From contig OZ059897.1 of assembly GCA_964057225.1 (NCBI GenBank), forward strand, positions 21,576,001 to 21,640,000: a DNA stretch of 64,000 nt, in the 5' to 3' direction. The DNA is from Auanema rhodensis. Its lineage: Eukaryota; Animalia; Nematoda. Position numbers and translations under genes: made by a program. How positions within the stretch are numbered: the first letter of the stretch is position 1; every line of letters starts with the position of its first letter. Below the pieces are notes generated by a model. That model was given only the letters and a program-made list of their open reading frames with translations, did no database searches and had not been told where the DNA came from. Shown here piece by piece: positions 13,165-27,948 of the stretch.

Positions 13165-14572
13165 AAAATTAGATTCCCCATGTCCATATTAGTCTAAAAA
13201 CAAATTTTTATTGATATTGGTGCATGGTAACCATGACTTTGAAATTTACGTGAACTTTAATTTATGCTAATTAAATGTACACGTGATGTGCACTTGGTAT
13301 GGAACTCGCTTCACGTAAAAGATAAAGAGATGCGGTTTTCAAAAATAGATTCCCCATGTCCATATTAGTCTAAAAACAAATTTTTATTGATATTGGTTCA
13401 TGGTAACCATGACTTTGAAATTTACGTGAACTTTAATTTATGCTAATTAAATGTACACGTGATGTGTACTTGGTATGTAACTCGCTTCACGTGAAAGATG
13501 AAGAGATGCGGTTTTCAAAATTAGATTCCCCATGTCCATATTAGTCTAAAAACAAATTTTTATTGATATTGGTGCATGGTAACCATGACTTTGAAATTTA
13601 CGTGAACTTTAATTTATGCTAATTAAATGTACACGTGATGTGCACTTGGTATGTAACTCGCTTCACGTGAAAGATAAAGAGATGCGGTTTTCAAAATTAG
13701 ATTCCCCATGTCCATATTAGTCTAAAAACAAATTTTTATCGATATTGGTTCATGGTAACCATGACTTTGAAATTTACGTGAACTTTAATTTATGCTAATT
13801 AAATGTACACGTGATGTGCACTTGGTATGTAACTCGCTTCACGTGAAAGATAAAGAGATGCGGTTTTCAAAATTAGATTCCCCATGTCCATATTAGTCTA
13901 AAAACAAATTTTTATTGATATTGGTGCATGGTAACCATGACTTTGAAATTTACGTGAACTTTAATTTATGCTAATTAAATGTACACGTGATGTGCACTTG
14001 GTATGGAACTCGCTTCACGTAAAAGATAAAGAGATGCGGTTTTCAAAAATAGATTCCCCATGTCCATATTAGTCTAAAAACAAATTTTTATTGATATTGG
14101 TTCATGGTAACCATGACTTTGAAATTTACGTGAACTTTAATTTATGCTAATTAAATGTACACGTGATGTGTACTTGGTATGTAACTCGCTTCACGTGAAA
14201 GATGAAGAGATGCGGTTTTCAAAATTAGATTCCCCATGTCCATATTAGTCTAAAAACAAATTTTTATTGATATTGGTGCATGGTAACCATGACTTTGAAA
14301 TTTACGTGAACTTTAATTTATGCTAATTAAATGTACACGTGATGTGCACTTGGTATGTAACTCGCTTCACGTGAAAGATAAAGAGATGCGGTTTTCAAAA
14401 TTAGATTCCCCATGTCCATATTAGTCTAAAAACAAATTTTTATCGATATTGGTTCATGGTAACCATGACTTTGAAATTTACGTGAACTTTAATTTATGCT
14501 AATTAAATGTACACGTGATGTGCACTTGGTATGTAACTCGCTTCACGTGAAAGATAAAGAGATGCGGTTTTC
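13165..14572 (+). repeat. Tandem duplication of a 4-monomer unit (704 bp x2)
   Basis: The variant series GGAACTC, AAAAATAGAT, GTGTACT (13467 and 14171) and TATCGAT repeats at a 704-bp offset. Confidence 0.9.
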
Positions 14573-17036
14573 AAAATTAGATTCCCCATGTCCATATTAG
14601 TCTAAAAGCAAATTTTTATCGATATTGGTGCATGGTAACCATGACTTTGAAATTTACGTGAACTTTAATTTATGCTAATTAAATGTACACGTGATGTGCA
14701 CTTGGTATGTAACTCGCTTCACGTGAAAGATAAAGAGATGCGGTTTTCAAAATTAGATTCCCCATGTCCATATTAGTCTAAAAACAAATTTTTATTGATA
14801 TTGGTTCATGGTAACCATGACTTTGAAATTTACGTGAACTTTAATTTATGCTAATTAAATGTACACGTGATGTGCACTTGGTATGTAACTCGCTTCACGT
14901 GAAAGATAAAGAGATGCGGTTTTCAAAATTAGATTCCCCATGTCCATATTAGTCTAAAAACAAATTTTTATCGATATTGGTTCATGGTAACCATGACTTT
15001 GAAATTTACGTGAACTTTAATTTATGCTAATTAAATGTACACGTGATGTGCACTTGGTATGTAACTCGCTTCACGTGAAAGATAAAGAGATGCGGTTTTC
15101 AAAATTAGATTCCCCATGTCCATATTAGTCTAAAAACAAATTTTTATCGATATTGGTTCATGGTAACCATGACTTTGAAATTTACGTGAACTTTAATTTA
15201 TGCTAATTAAATGTACACGTGATGTGCACTTGGTATGTAACTCGCTTCACGTGAAAGATAAAGAGATGCGGTTTTCAAAATTAGATTCCCCATGTCCATA
15301 TTAGTCTAAAAGCAAATTTTTATTGATATTGGTGCATGGTAACCATGACTTTGAAATTTACGTGAACTTTAATTTATGCTAATTAAATGTACACGTGATG
15401 TGCACTTGGTATGTAACTCGCTTCACGTGAAAGATAAAGAGATGCGGTTTTCAAAATTAGATTCCCCATGTCCATATTAGTCTAAAAACAAATTTTTATT
15501 GATATTGGTTCATGGTAACCATGACTTTGAAATTTACGTGAACTTTAATTTATGCTAATTAAATGTACACGTGATGTGCACTTGGTATGTAACTCGCTTC
15601 ACGTGAAAGATGAAGAGATGCGGTTTTCAAAATTAGATTCCCCATGTCCATATTAGTCTAAAAACAAATTTTTATTGATATTGGTTCATGGTAACCATGA
15701 CTTTGAAATTTACGTGAACTTTAATTTATGCTAATTAAATGTACACGTGATGTGCACTTGGTATGTAACTCGCTTCACGTGAAAGATAAAGAGATGCGGT
15801 TTTCAAAATTAGATTCCCCATGTCCATATTAGTTTAAAAACAAATTTTTATTGATATTGGTTCATGGTAACCATGACTTTGAAATTTACGTGAACTTTAA
15901 TTTATGCTAATTAAATGTACACGTGATGTGCCCTTGGTATGTAACTCGCTTCACGTGAAAGATAAAGAGATTCGGTTTTCAAAATTAGATTCCCCATGTC
16001 CATATTAGTCTAAAAACAAATTTTTATTGATATTGGTGCATGGTAACCATGACTTTGAAATTTACGTGAACTTAAATTTATGCTAATTAAATGTACACGT
16101 GATGTGCACTTGGTATGTAACTCGTTTCACGTGAAAGATGAAGAGATGCGGTTTTCAAAATTAGATTCCCCATGTCCATATTAGTCTAAAAACAAATTTT
16201 TATTGATATTGGTTCATGGTAACCATGACTTTGAAATTTACGTGAACTTTAATTTATGCTAATTAAATGTACACGTGATGTGCACTTGGTATGTAACTCG
16301 CTTCACGTGAAAGATAAAGAGATGCGGTTTTCAAAATTAGATTCCCCATGTCCATATTAGTTTAAAAACAAATTTTTATTGATATTGGTTCATGGTAACC
16401 ATGACTTTGAAATTTACGTGAACTTTAATTTATGCTAATTAAATGTACACGTGATGTGCACTTGGTATGTAACTCGCTTCACGTGAAAGATAAAGAGATG
16501 CGGTTTTTAAAATTAGATTCCCCATGTCCATATTAGTCTAAAAACAAATTTTTATTGATATTGGTGCATGGTAACCATGACTTTGAAATTTACGTGAACT
16601 TTAATTTATGCTAATTAAATGTACACGTGATGTGCACTTGGTATGTAACTCGCTTCACGTGAAAGATAAAGAGATGCGGTTTTCAAAATTATATTCCCCA
16701 TGTCCATATTAGTCTAAAAACAAATTTTTATTGATATTGGTGCATGGTAACCATGACTTTGAAATTTACGTGAACTTTAATTTGTGCTAATTAAATGTAC
16801 ACGTGATGTGCACTTGGTATGTAACTCGCTTCACGTGAAAGATAAAGAGATTCGGTTTTCAAAATTAGATTCCCCATGTCCATATTAGTCTAAAAACAAA
16901 TTTTTATTGATATTGGTGCATGGTAACCATGACTTTGAAATTTACGTGAACTTAAATTTATGCTAATTAAATGTACACGTGATGTGCACTTGGTATGTAA
17001 CTCGCTTCACGTGAAAGATAAAGAGATGCGGTTTTC

Positions 17037-20000
17037 AAAATTAGATTCCCCATGTCCATATTAGTCTAAAAACAAATTTTTATCGATATTGGTTCATGGT
17101 AACCATGACTTTGAAATTTACGTGAACTTTAATTTATGCTAATTAAATGTACACGTGATGTGCACTTGGTATGTAACTCGCTTCACGTGAAAGATAAAGA
17201 GATGCGGTTTTCAAAATTAGATTCCCCATGTCCATATTAGTCTAAAAACAAATTTTTATCGATATTGGTTCATGGTAACCATGACTTTGAAATTTACGTG
17301 AACTTTAATTTATGCTAATTAAATGTACACGTGATGTGCACTTGGTATCTAACTCGCTTCACGTGAAAGATAAAGAGATGCGGTTTTCAAAATTATATTC
17401 CCCATGTCCATATTAGTCTAAAAACAAATTTTTATTGATATTGGTGCATGGTAACCATGACTTTGAAATTTACGTGAACTTTAATTTGTGCTAATTAAAT
17501 GTACACGTGATGTGCACTTGGTATGTAACTCGCTTCACGTGAAAGATAAAGAGATGCGGTTTTCAAAATTAGATTCCCCATGTCCATATTAGTCTAAAAA
17601 CAAATTTTTATTGATATTGGTGCATGGTAACCATGACTTTGAAATTTACGTGAACTTTAATTTATGCTAATTAAATGTACACGTGATGTGCACTTGGTAT
17701 GTAACTCGCTTCACGTGAAAGATAAAGAGATGCGGTTTTCAAAATTAGATTCCCCATGTCCATATTAGTCTAAAAACAAATTTTTATCGATATTGGTTCA
17801 TGGTAACCATGACTTTGAAATTTACGTGAACTTTAATTTATGCTAATTAAATGTACACGTGATGTGCACTTGGTATCTAACTCGCTTCACGTGAAAGATA
17901 AAGAGATGCGGTTTTCAAAATTATATTCCCCATGTCCATATTAGTCTAAAAACAAATTTTTATTGATATTGGTGCATGGTAACCATGACTTTGAAATTTA
18001 CGTGAACTTTAATTTGTGCTAATTAAATGTACACGTGATGTGCACTTGGTATGTAACTCGCTTCACGTGAAAGATAAAGAGATGCGGTTTTCAAAATTAG
18101 ATTCCCCATGTCCATATTAGTCTAAAAACAAATTTTTATTGATATTGGTGCATGGTAACCATGACTTTGAAATTTACGTGAACTTTAATTTATGCTAATT
18201 AAATGTACACGTGATGTGCACTTGGTATGTAACTCGCTTCACGTGAAAGATAAAGAGATGCGGTTTTCAAAATTAGATTCCCCATGTCCATATTAGTCTA
18301 AAAACAAATTTTTATTGATATTGGTTCATGGTAACCATGACTTTGAAATTTACGTGAACTTTAATTTATGCTAATTGAATTTACACGTGATGTGCACTTG
18401 GTATGTAACTCGCTTCACGTGAAAGATAAAAAGATGTGGTTTTCAAAATTAGATTCCCCATGTCCATATTAGTCTAAAAACTAATTTTTATTGATATTGG
18501 TTCATGGTAACCATGACTTTGAAATTTACGTGAACTTTAATTTATGCTAATTAAATGTACACGTGATGTGCACTTGGTATGTAACTCGCTTCACGTGAAA
18601 GATAAAGAGATGCGGTTTTCAAAATTAGATTCCCCATGTCCATATTAGTCTAAAAACAAATTTTTATTGATATTGGTGCATGGTAACCATGACTTTGAAA
18701 TTTACGTGAACTTTAATTTATGCTAATTAAATGTACACGTGATGTGCACTTGGTATGTAACTCGCTTCACGTGAAAGATAAAGAGATGCGGTTTTCAAAA
18801 TTAGATTCCCCATGTCCATATTAGTCTAAAAACAAATTTTTATTGATATTGGTTCATGGTAACCATGACTTTGAAATTTACGTGAACTTTAATTTATGCT
18901 AATTGAATTTACACGTGATGTGCACTTGGTATGTAACTCGCTTCACGTGAAAGATAAAAAGATGTGGTTTTCAAAATTAGATTCCCCATGTCCATATTAG
19001 TCTAAAAACTAATTTTTATTGATATTGGTTCATGGTAACCATGACTTTGAAATTTACGTGAACTTTAATTTGTGCTAATTAAATGTACACGTGATGTGCA
19101 CTTGGTATGTAACTCGCTTCACGTGAAAGATGAAGAGACGCGGTTTTCAAAATTAGATTCCCCATGTCCATATTAGTCTAAAAACAAATTTTTATTGATA
19201 TTGGTGCATGGTAACCATGACTTTGAAATTTACGTGAACTTTAATTTATGCTAATTAAATGTACACGTGATGTGCACTTGGTATGTAACTCGCTTCACGT
19301 GAAAGATAAAGAGATGCGGTTTTCAAAATTAGATTCCCCATGTCCATATTAGTCTAAAAACAAATTTTTATCGATATTGGTTCATGGTAACCATGACTTT
19401 GAAATTTACGTGAACTTAAATTTATGCTAATTAAATGTACACGTGATGTGCACTTGGTATGTAACTCGCTTCACGTGAAAGATAAAGAGATGCGGTTTTC
19501 AAAATTAGATTCCCCATGTCCATATTAGTCTAAAAACAAATTTTTATCGATATTGGTTCATGGTAACCATGACTTTGAAATTTACGTGAACTTTAATTTA
19601 TGCTAATTAAATGTACACGTGATGTGCACTTGGTATGTAACTCGCTTCACGTGAAAGATAAAGAGATGCGGTTTTCAAAATTAGATTCCCCATGTCCATA
19701 TTAGTCTAAAAACAAATTTTTATCGATATTGGTTCATGGTAACCATGACTTTGAAATTTACGTGAACTTTAATTTATGCTAATTAAATGTACACGTGATG
19801 TGCACTTGGTATCTAACTCGCTTCACGTGAAAGATAAAGAGATGCGGTTTTCAAAATTATATTCCCCATGTCCATATTAGTCTAAAAACAAATTTTTATT
19901 GATATTGGTGCATGGTAACCATGACTTTGAAATTTACGTGAACTTTAATTTGTGCTAATTAAATGTACACGTGATGTGCACTTGGTATGTAACTCGCTTC

Positions 20001-23000
20001 ACGTGAAAGATAAAGAGATGCGGTTTTCAAAATTAGATTCCCCATGTCCATATTAGTCTAAAAACAAATTTTTATTGATATTGGTGCATGGTAACCATGA
20101 CTTTGAAATTTACGTGAACTTTAATTTATGCTAATTAAATGTACACGTGATGTGCACTTGGTATGTAACTCGCTTCACGTGAAAGATAAAGAGATGCGGT
20201 TTTCAAAATTAGATTCCCCATGTCCATATTAGTCTAAAAACAAATTTTTATCGATATTGGTTCATGGTAACCATGACTTTGAAATTTACGTGAACTTTAA
20301 TTTATGCTAATTAAATGTACACGTGATGTGCACTTGGTATCTAACTCGCTTCACGTGAAAGATAAAGAGATGCGGTTTTCAAAATTATATTCCCCATGTC
20401 CATATTAGTCTAAAAACAAATTTTTATTGATATTGGTGCATGGTAACCATGACTTTGAAATTTACGTGAACTTTAATTTGTGCTAATTAAATGTACACGT
20501 GATGTGCACTTGGTATGTAACTCGCTTCACGTGAAAGATAAAGAGATGCGGTTTTCAAAATTAGATTCCCCATGTCCATATTAGTCTAAAAACAAATTTT
20601 TATTGATATTGGTGCATGGTAACCATGACTTTGAAATTTACGTGAACTTTAATTTATGCTAATTAAATGTACACGTGATGTGCACTTGGTATGTAACTCG
20701 CTTCACGTGAAAGATAAAGAGATGCGGTTTTCAAAATTAGATTCCCCATGTCCATATTAGTCTAAAAACAAATTTTTATTGATATTGGTTCATGGTAACC
20801 ATGACTTTGAAATTTACGTGAACTTTAATTTATGCTAATTGAATTTACACGTGATGTGCACTTGGTATGTAACTCGCTTCACGTGAAAGATAAAAAGATG
20901 TGGTTTTCAAAATTAGATTCCCCATGTCCATATTAGTCTAAAAACTAATTTTTATTGATATTGGTTCATGGTAACCATGACTTTGAAATTTACGTGAACT
21001 TTAATTTATGCTAATTAAATGTACACGTGATGTGCACTTGGTATGTAACTCGCTTCACGTGAAAGATAAAGAGATGCGGTTTTCAAAATTAGATTCCCCA
21101 TGTCCATATTAGTCTAAAAACAAATTTTTATTGATATTGGTGCATGGTAACCATGACTTTGAAATTTACGTGAACTTTAATTTATGCTAATTAAATGTAC
21201 ACGTGATGTGCACTTGGTATGTAACTCGCTTCACGTGAAAGATAAAGAGATGCGGTTTTCAAAATTAGATTCCCCATGTCCATATTAGTCTAAAAACAAA
21301 TTTTTATTGATATTGGTTCATGGTAACCATGACTTTGAAATTTACGTGAACTTTAATTTATGCTAATTGAATTTACACGTGATGTGCACTTGGTATGTAA
21401 CTCGCTTCACGTGAAAGATAAAAAGATGTGGTTTTCAAAATTAGATTCCCCATGTCCATATTAGTCTAAAAACTAATTTTTATTGATATTGGTTCATGGT
21501 AACCATGACTTTGAAATTTACGTGAACTTTAATTTGTGCTAATTAAATGTACACGTGATGTGCACTTGGTATGTAACTCGCTTCACGTGAAAGATAAAGA
21601 GATGCGGTTTTCAAAATTAGATTCCCCATGTCCATATTAGTCTAAAAACAAATTTTTATTGATATTGGTGCATGGTAACCATGACTTTGAAATTTACGTG
21701 AACTTTAATTTATGCTAATTAAATGTACACGTGATGTGCACTTGGTATGTAACTCGCTTCACGTGAAAGATAAAGAGATGCGGTTTTCAAAATTAGATTC
21801 CCCATGTCCATATTAGTCTAAAAACAAATTTTTATCGATATTGGTTCATGGTAACCATGACTTTGAAATTTACGTGAACTTTAATTTATGCTAATTAAAT
21901 GTACACGTGATGTGCACTTGGTATCTAACTCGCTTCACGTGAAAGATAAAGAGATGCGGTTTTCAAAATTATATTCCCCATGTCCATATTAGTCTAAAAA
22001 CAAATTTTTATCGATATTGGTTCATGGTAACCATGACTTTGAAATTTACGTGAACTTTAATTTATGCTAATTAAATGTACACGTGATGTGCACTTGGTAT
22101 CTAACTCGCTTCACGTGAAAGATAAAGAGATGCGGTTTTCAAAATTATATTCCCCATGTCCATATTAGTCTAAAAACAAATTTTTATTGATATTGGTGCA
22201 TGGTAACCATGACTTTGAAATTTACGTGAACTTTAATTTGTGCTAATTAAATGTACACGTGATGTGCACTTGGTATGTAACTCGCTTCACGTGAAAGATA
22301 AAGAGATGCGGTTTTCAAAATTAGATTCCCCATGTCCATATTAGTCTAAAAACAAATTTTTATTGATATTGGTGCATGGTAACCATGACTTTGAAATTTA
22401 CGTGAACTTTAATTTATGCTAATTAAATGTACACGTGATGTGCACTTGGTATGTAACTCGCTTCACGTGAAAGATAAAGAGATGCGGTTTTCAAAATTAG
22501 ATTCCCCATGTCCATATTAGTCTAAAAACAAATTTTTATTGATATTGGTTCATGGTAACCATGACTTTGAAATTTACGTGAACTTTAATTTATGCTAATT
22601 GAATTTACACGTGATGTGCACTTGGTATGTAACTCGCTTCACGTGAAAGATAAAAAGATGTGGTTTTCAAAATTAGATTCCCCATGTCCATATTAGTCTA
22701 AAAACTAATTTTTATTGATATTGGTTCATGGTAACCATGACTTTGAAATTTACGTGAACTTTAATTTATGCTAATTAAATGTACACGTGATGTGCACTTG
22801 GTATGTAACTCGCTTCACGTGAAAGATAAAGAGATGCGGTTTTCAAAATTAGATTCCCCATGTCCATATTAGTCTAAAAACAAATTTTTATTGATATTGG
22901 TGCATGGTAACCATGACTTTGAAATTTACGTGAACTTTAATTTATGCTAATTAAATGTACACGTGATGTGCACTTGGTATGTAACTCGCTTCACGTGAAA

Positions 23001-26000
23001 GATAAAGATATGCGGTTTTCAAAATTAGATTCCCCATGTCCATATTAGTCTAAAAACAAATTTTTATTGATATTGGTTCATGGTAACCATGACTTTGAAA
23101 TTTACGTGAACTTTAATTTATGCTAATTGAATTTACACGTGATGTGCACTTGGTATGTAACTCGCTTCACGTGAAAGATAAAAAGATGTGGTTTTCAAAA
23201 TTAGATTCCCCATGTCCATATTAGTCTAAAAACTAATTTTTATTGATATTGGTTCATGGTAACCATGACTTTGAAATTTACGTGAACTTTAATTTGTGCT
23301 AATTAAATGTACACGTGATGTGCACTTGGTATGTAACTCGCTTCACGTGAAAGATAAAGAGATGCGGTTTTCAAAATTAGATTCCCCATGTCCATATTAG
23401 TCTAAAAACAAATTTTTATTGATATTGGTGCATGGTAACCATGACTTTGAAATTTACGTGAACTTTAATTTATGCTAATTAAATGTACACGTGATGTGCA
23501 CTTGGTATGTAACTCGCTTCACGTGAAAGATAAAGAGATGCGGTTTTCAAAATTAGATTCCCCATGTCCATATTAGTCTAAAAACAAATTTTTATCGATA
23601 TTGGTTCATGGTAACCATGACTTTGAAATTTACGTGAACTTAAATTTATGCTAATTAAATGTACACGTGATGTGCACTTGGTATGTAACTCGCTTCACGT
23701 GAAAGATAAAGAGATGCGGTTTTCAAAATTAGATTCCCCATGTCCATATTAGTCTAAAAACAAATTTTTATCGATATTGGTTCATGGTAACCATGACTTT
23801 GAAATTTACGTGAACTTTAATTTATGCTAATTAAATGTACACGTGATGTGCACTTGGTATGTAACTCGCTTCACGTGAAAGATAAAGAGATGCGGTTTTC
23901 AAAATTAGATTCCCCATGTCCATATTAGTCTAAAAACAAATTTTTATCGATATTGGTTCATGGTAACCATGACTTTGAAATTTACGTGAACTTTAATTTA
24001 TGCTAATTAAATGTACACGTGATGTGCACTTGGTATCTAACTCGCTTCACGTGAAAGATAAAGAGATGCGGTTTTCAAAATTATATTCCCCATGTCCATA
24101 TTAGTCTAAAAACAAATTTTTATTGATATTGGTGCATGGTAACCATGACTTTGAAATTTACGTGAACTTTAATTTGTGCTAATTAAATGTACACGTGATG
24201 TGCACTTGGTATGTAACTCGCTTCACGTGAAAGATAAAGAGATGCGGTTTTCAAAATTAGATTCCCCATGTCCATATTAGTCTAAAAACAAATTTTTATT
24301 GATATTGGTGCATGGTAACCATGACTTTGAAATTTACGTGAACTTTAATTTATGCTAATTAAATGTACACGTGATGTGCACTTGGTATGTAACTCGCTTC
24401 ACGTGAAAGATAAAGAGATGCGGTTTTCAAAATTAGATTCCCCATGTCCATATTAGTCTAAAAACAAATTTTTATCGATATTGGTTCATGGTAACCATGA
24501 CTTTGAAATTTACGTGAACTTTAATTTATGCTAATTAAATGTACACGTGATGTGCACTTGGTATCTAACTCGCTTCACGTGAAAGATAAAGAGATGCGGT
24601 TTTCAAAATTATATTCCCCATGTCCATATTAGTCTAAAAACAAATTTTTATTGATATTGGTGCATGGTAACCATGACTTTGAAATTTACGTGAACTTTAA
24701 TTTGTGCTAATTAAATGTACACGTGATGTGCACTTGGTATGTAACTCGCTTCACGTGAAAGATAAAGAGATGCGGTTTTCAAAATTAGATTCCCCATGTC
24801 CATATTAGTCTAAAAACAAATTTTTATTGATATTGGTGCATGGTAACCATGACTTTGAAATTTACGTGAACTTTAATTTATGCTAATTAAATGTACACGT
24901 GATGTGCACTTGGTATGTAACTCGCTTCACGTGAAAGATAAAGAGATGCGGTTTTCAAAATTAGATTCCCCATGTCCATATTAGTCTAAAAACAAATTTT
25001 TATTGATATTGGTTCATGGTAACCATGACTTTGAAATTTACGTGAACTTTAATTTATGCTAATTGAATTTACACGTGATGTGCACTTGGTATGTAACTCG
25101 CTTCACGTGAAAGATAAAAAGATGTGGTTTTCAAAATTAGATTCCCCATGTCCATATTAGTCTAAAAACTAATTTTTATTGATATTGGTTCATGGTAACC
25201 ATGACTTTGAAATTTACGTGAACTTTAATTTATGCTAATTAAATGTACACGTGATGTGCACTTGGTATGTAACTCGCTTCACGTGAAAGATAAAGAGATG
25301 CGGTTTTCAAAATTAGATTCCCCATGTCCATATTAGTCTAAAAACAAATTTTTATTGATATTGGTGCATGGTAACCATGACTTTGAAATTTACGTGAACT
25401 TTAATTTATGCTAATTAAATGTACACGTGATGTGCACTTGGTATGTAACTCGCTTCACGTGAAAGATAAAGAGATGCGGTTTTCAAAATTAGATTCCCCA
25501 TGTCCATATTAGTCTAAAAACAAATTTTTATTGATATTGGTTCATGGTAACCATGACTTTGAAATTTACGTGAACTTTAATTTATGCTAATTGAATTTAC
25601 ACGTGATGTGCACTTGGTATGTAACTCGCTTCACGTGAAAGATAAAAAGATGTGGTTTTCAAAATTAGATTCCCCATGTCCATATTAGTCTAAAAACTAA
25701 TTTTTATTGATATTGGTTCATGGTAACCATGACTTTGAAATTTACGTGAACTTTAATTTGTGCTAATTAAATGTACACGTGATGTGCACTTGGTATGTAA
25801 CTCGCTTCACGTGAAAGATAAAGAGATGCGGTTTTCAAAATTAGATTCCCCATGTCCATATTAGTCTAAAAACAAATTTTTATTGATATTGGTGCATGGT
25901 AACCATGACTTTGAAATTTACGTGAACTTTAATTTATGCTAATTAAATGTACACGTGATGTGCACTTGGTATGTAACTCGCTTCACGTGAAAGATAAAGA

Positions 26001-27948
26001 GATGCGGTTTTCAAAAATAGATTCCCCATGTCCATATTAGTCTAAAAACAAATTTTTATCGATATTGGTTCATGGTAACCATGACTTTGAAATTTACGTG
26101 AACTTTAATTTATGCTAATTAAATGTACACGTGATGTGCACTTGGTATCTAACTCGCTTCACGTGAAAGATAAAGAGATGCGGTTTTCAAAATTATATTC
26201 CCCATGTCCATATTAGTCTAAAAACAAATTTTTATTGATATTGGTGCATGGTAACCATGACTTTGAAATTTACGTGAACTTTAATTTGTGCTAATTAAAT
26301 GTACACGTGATGTGCACTTGGTATGTAACTCGCTTCACGTGAAAGATAAAGAGATGCGGTTTTCAAAATTAGATTCCCCATGTCCATATTAGTCTAAAAA
26401 CAAATTTTTATTGATATTGGTGCATGGTAACCATGACTTTGAAATTTACGTGAACTTTAATTTATGCTAATTAAATGTACACGTGATGTGCACTTGGTAT
26501 GTAACTCGCTTCACGTGAAAGATAAAGAGATGCGGTTTTCAAAATTAGATTCCCCATGTCCATATTAGTCTAAAAACAAATTTTTATTGATATTGGTTCA
26601 TGGTAACCATGACTTTGAAATTTACGTGAACTTTAATTTATGCTAATTGAATTTACACGTGATGTGCACTTGGTATGTAACTCGCTTCACGTGAAAGATA
26701 AAAAGATGTGGTTTTCAAAATTAGATTCCCCATGTCCATATTAGTCTAAAAACTAATTTTTATTGATATTGGTTCATGGTAACCATGACTTTGAAATTTA
26801 CGTGAACTTTAATTTATGCTAATTAAATGTACACGTGATGTGCACTTGGTATGTAACTCGCTTCACGTGAAAGATAAAGAGATGCGGTTTTCAAAATTAG
26901 ATTCCCCATGTCCATATTAGTCTAAAAACAAATTTTTATTGATATTGGTGCATGGTAACCATGACTTTGAAATTTACGTGAACTTTAATTTATGCTAATT
27001 AAATGTACACGTGATGTGCACTTGGTATGTAACTCGCTTCACGTGAAAGATAAAGAGATGCGGTTTTCAAAATTAGATTCCCCATGTCCATATTAGTCTA
27101 AAACCAAATTTTTATTGATATTGGTTCATGGTAACCATGACTTTGAAATTTACGTGAACTTTAATTTATGCTAATTAAATGTACACGTGATGTGCACTTG
27201 GTATGTAACTCGCTTCACGTGAAAGATGAAGAGATGCGGTTTTCAAAATTAGATTCCCCATGTCCATATTAGTCTAAAAACAAATTTTTATTGATATTGG
27301 TTCATGGTAACCATGACTTTGAAATTTACGTGAACTTTAATTTATGCTAATTGAATTTACACGTGATGTGCACTTGGTATGTAACTCGCTTCACGTGAAA
27401 GATAAAAAGATGTGGTTTTCAAAATTAGATTCCCCATGTCCATATTAGTCTAAAAACTAATTTTTATTGATATTGGTTCATGGTAACCATGACTTTGAAA
27501 TTTACGTGAACTTTAATTTATGCTAATTAAATGTACACGTGATGTGCACTTGGTATGTAACTCGCTTCACGTGAAAGATAAAGAGATGCGGTTTTCAAAA
27601 TTAGATTCCCCATGTCCATATTAGTCTAAAAACAAATTTTTATTGATATTGGTGCATGGTAACCATGACTTTGAAATTTACGTGAACTTTAATTTATGCT
27701 AATTAAATGTACACGTGATGTGCACTTGGTATGTAACTCGCTTCACGTGAAAGATAAAGAGATGCGGTTTTCAAAATTAGATTCCCCATGTCCATATTAG
27801 TCTAAAACCAAATTTTTATTGATATTGGTTCATGGTAACCATGACTTTGAAATTTACGTGAACTTTAATTTATGCTAATTAAATGTACACGTGATGTGCA
27901 CTTGGTATGTAACTCGCTTCACGTGAAAGATGAAGAGATGCGGTTTTC
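17037..27948 (+). repeat. Higher-order repeat domain built from two 3-monomer (528-bp) units
   Basis: Trimer X = [TATCGAT+GTATCTAAC][AAATTATATT+AATTTGTG][G58 consensus]. Trimer Y = [GAATTTACAC+AAAAGATGTGG][AAAACTAATT][G58 consensus]. They recur in approximately XXYY order. Confidence 0.85.
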
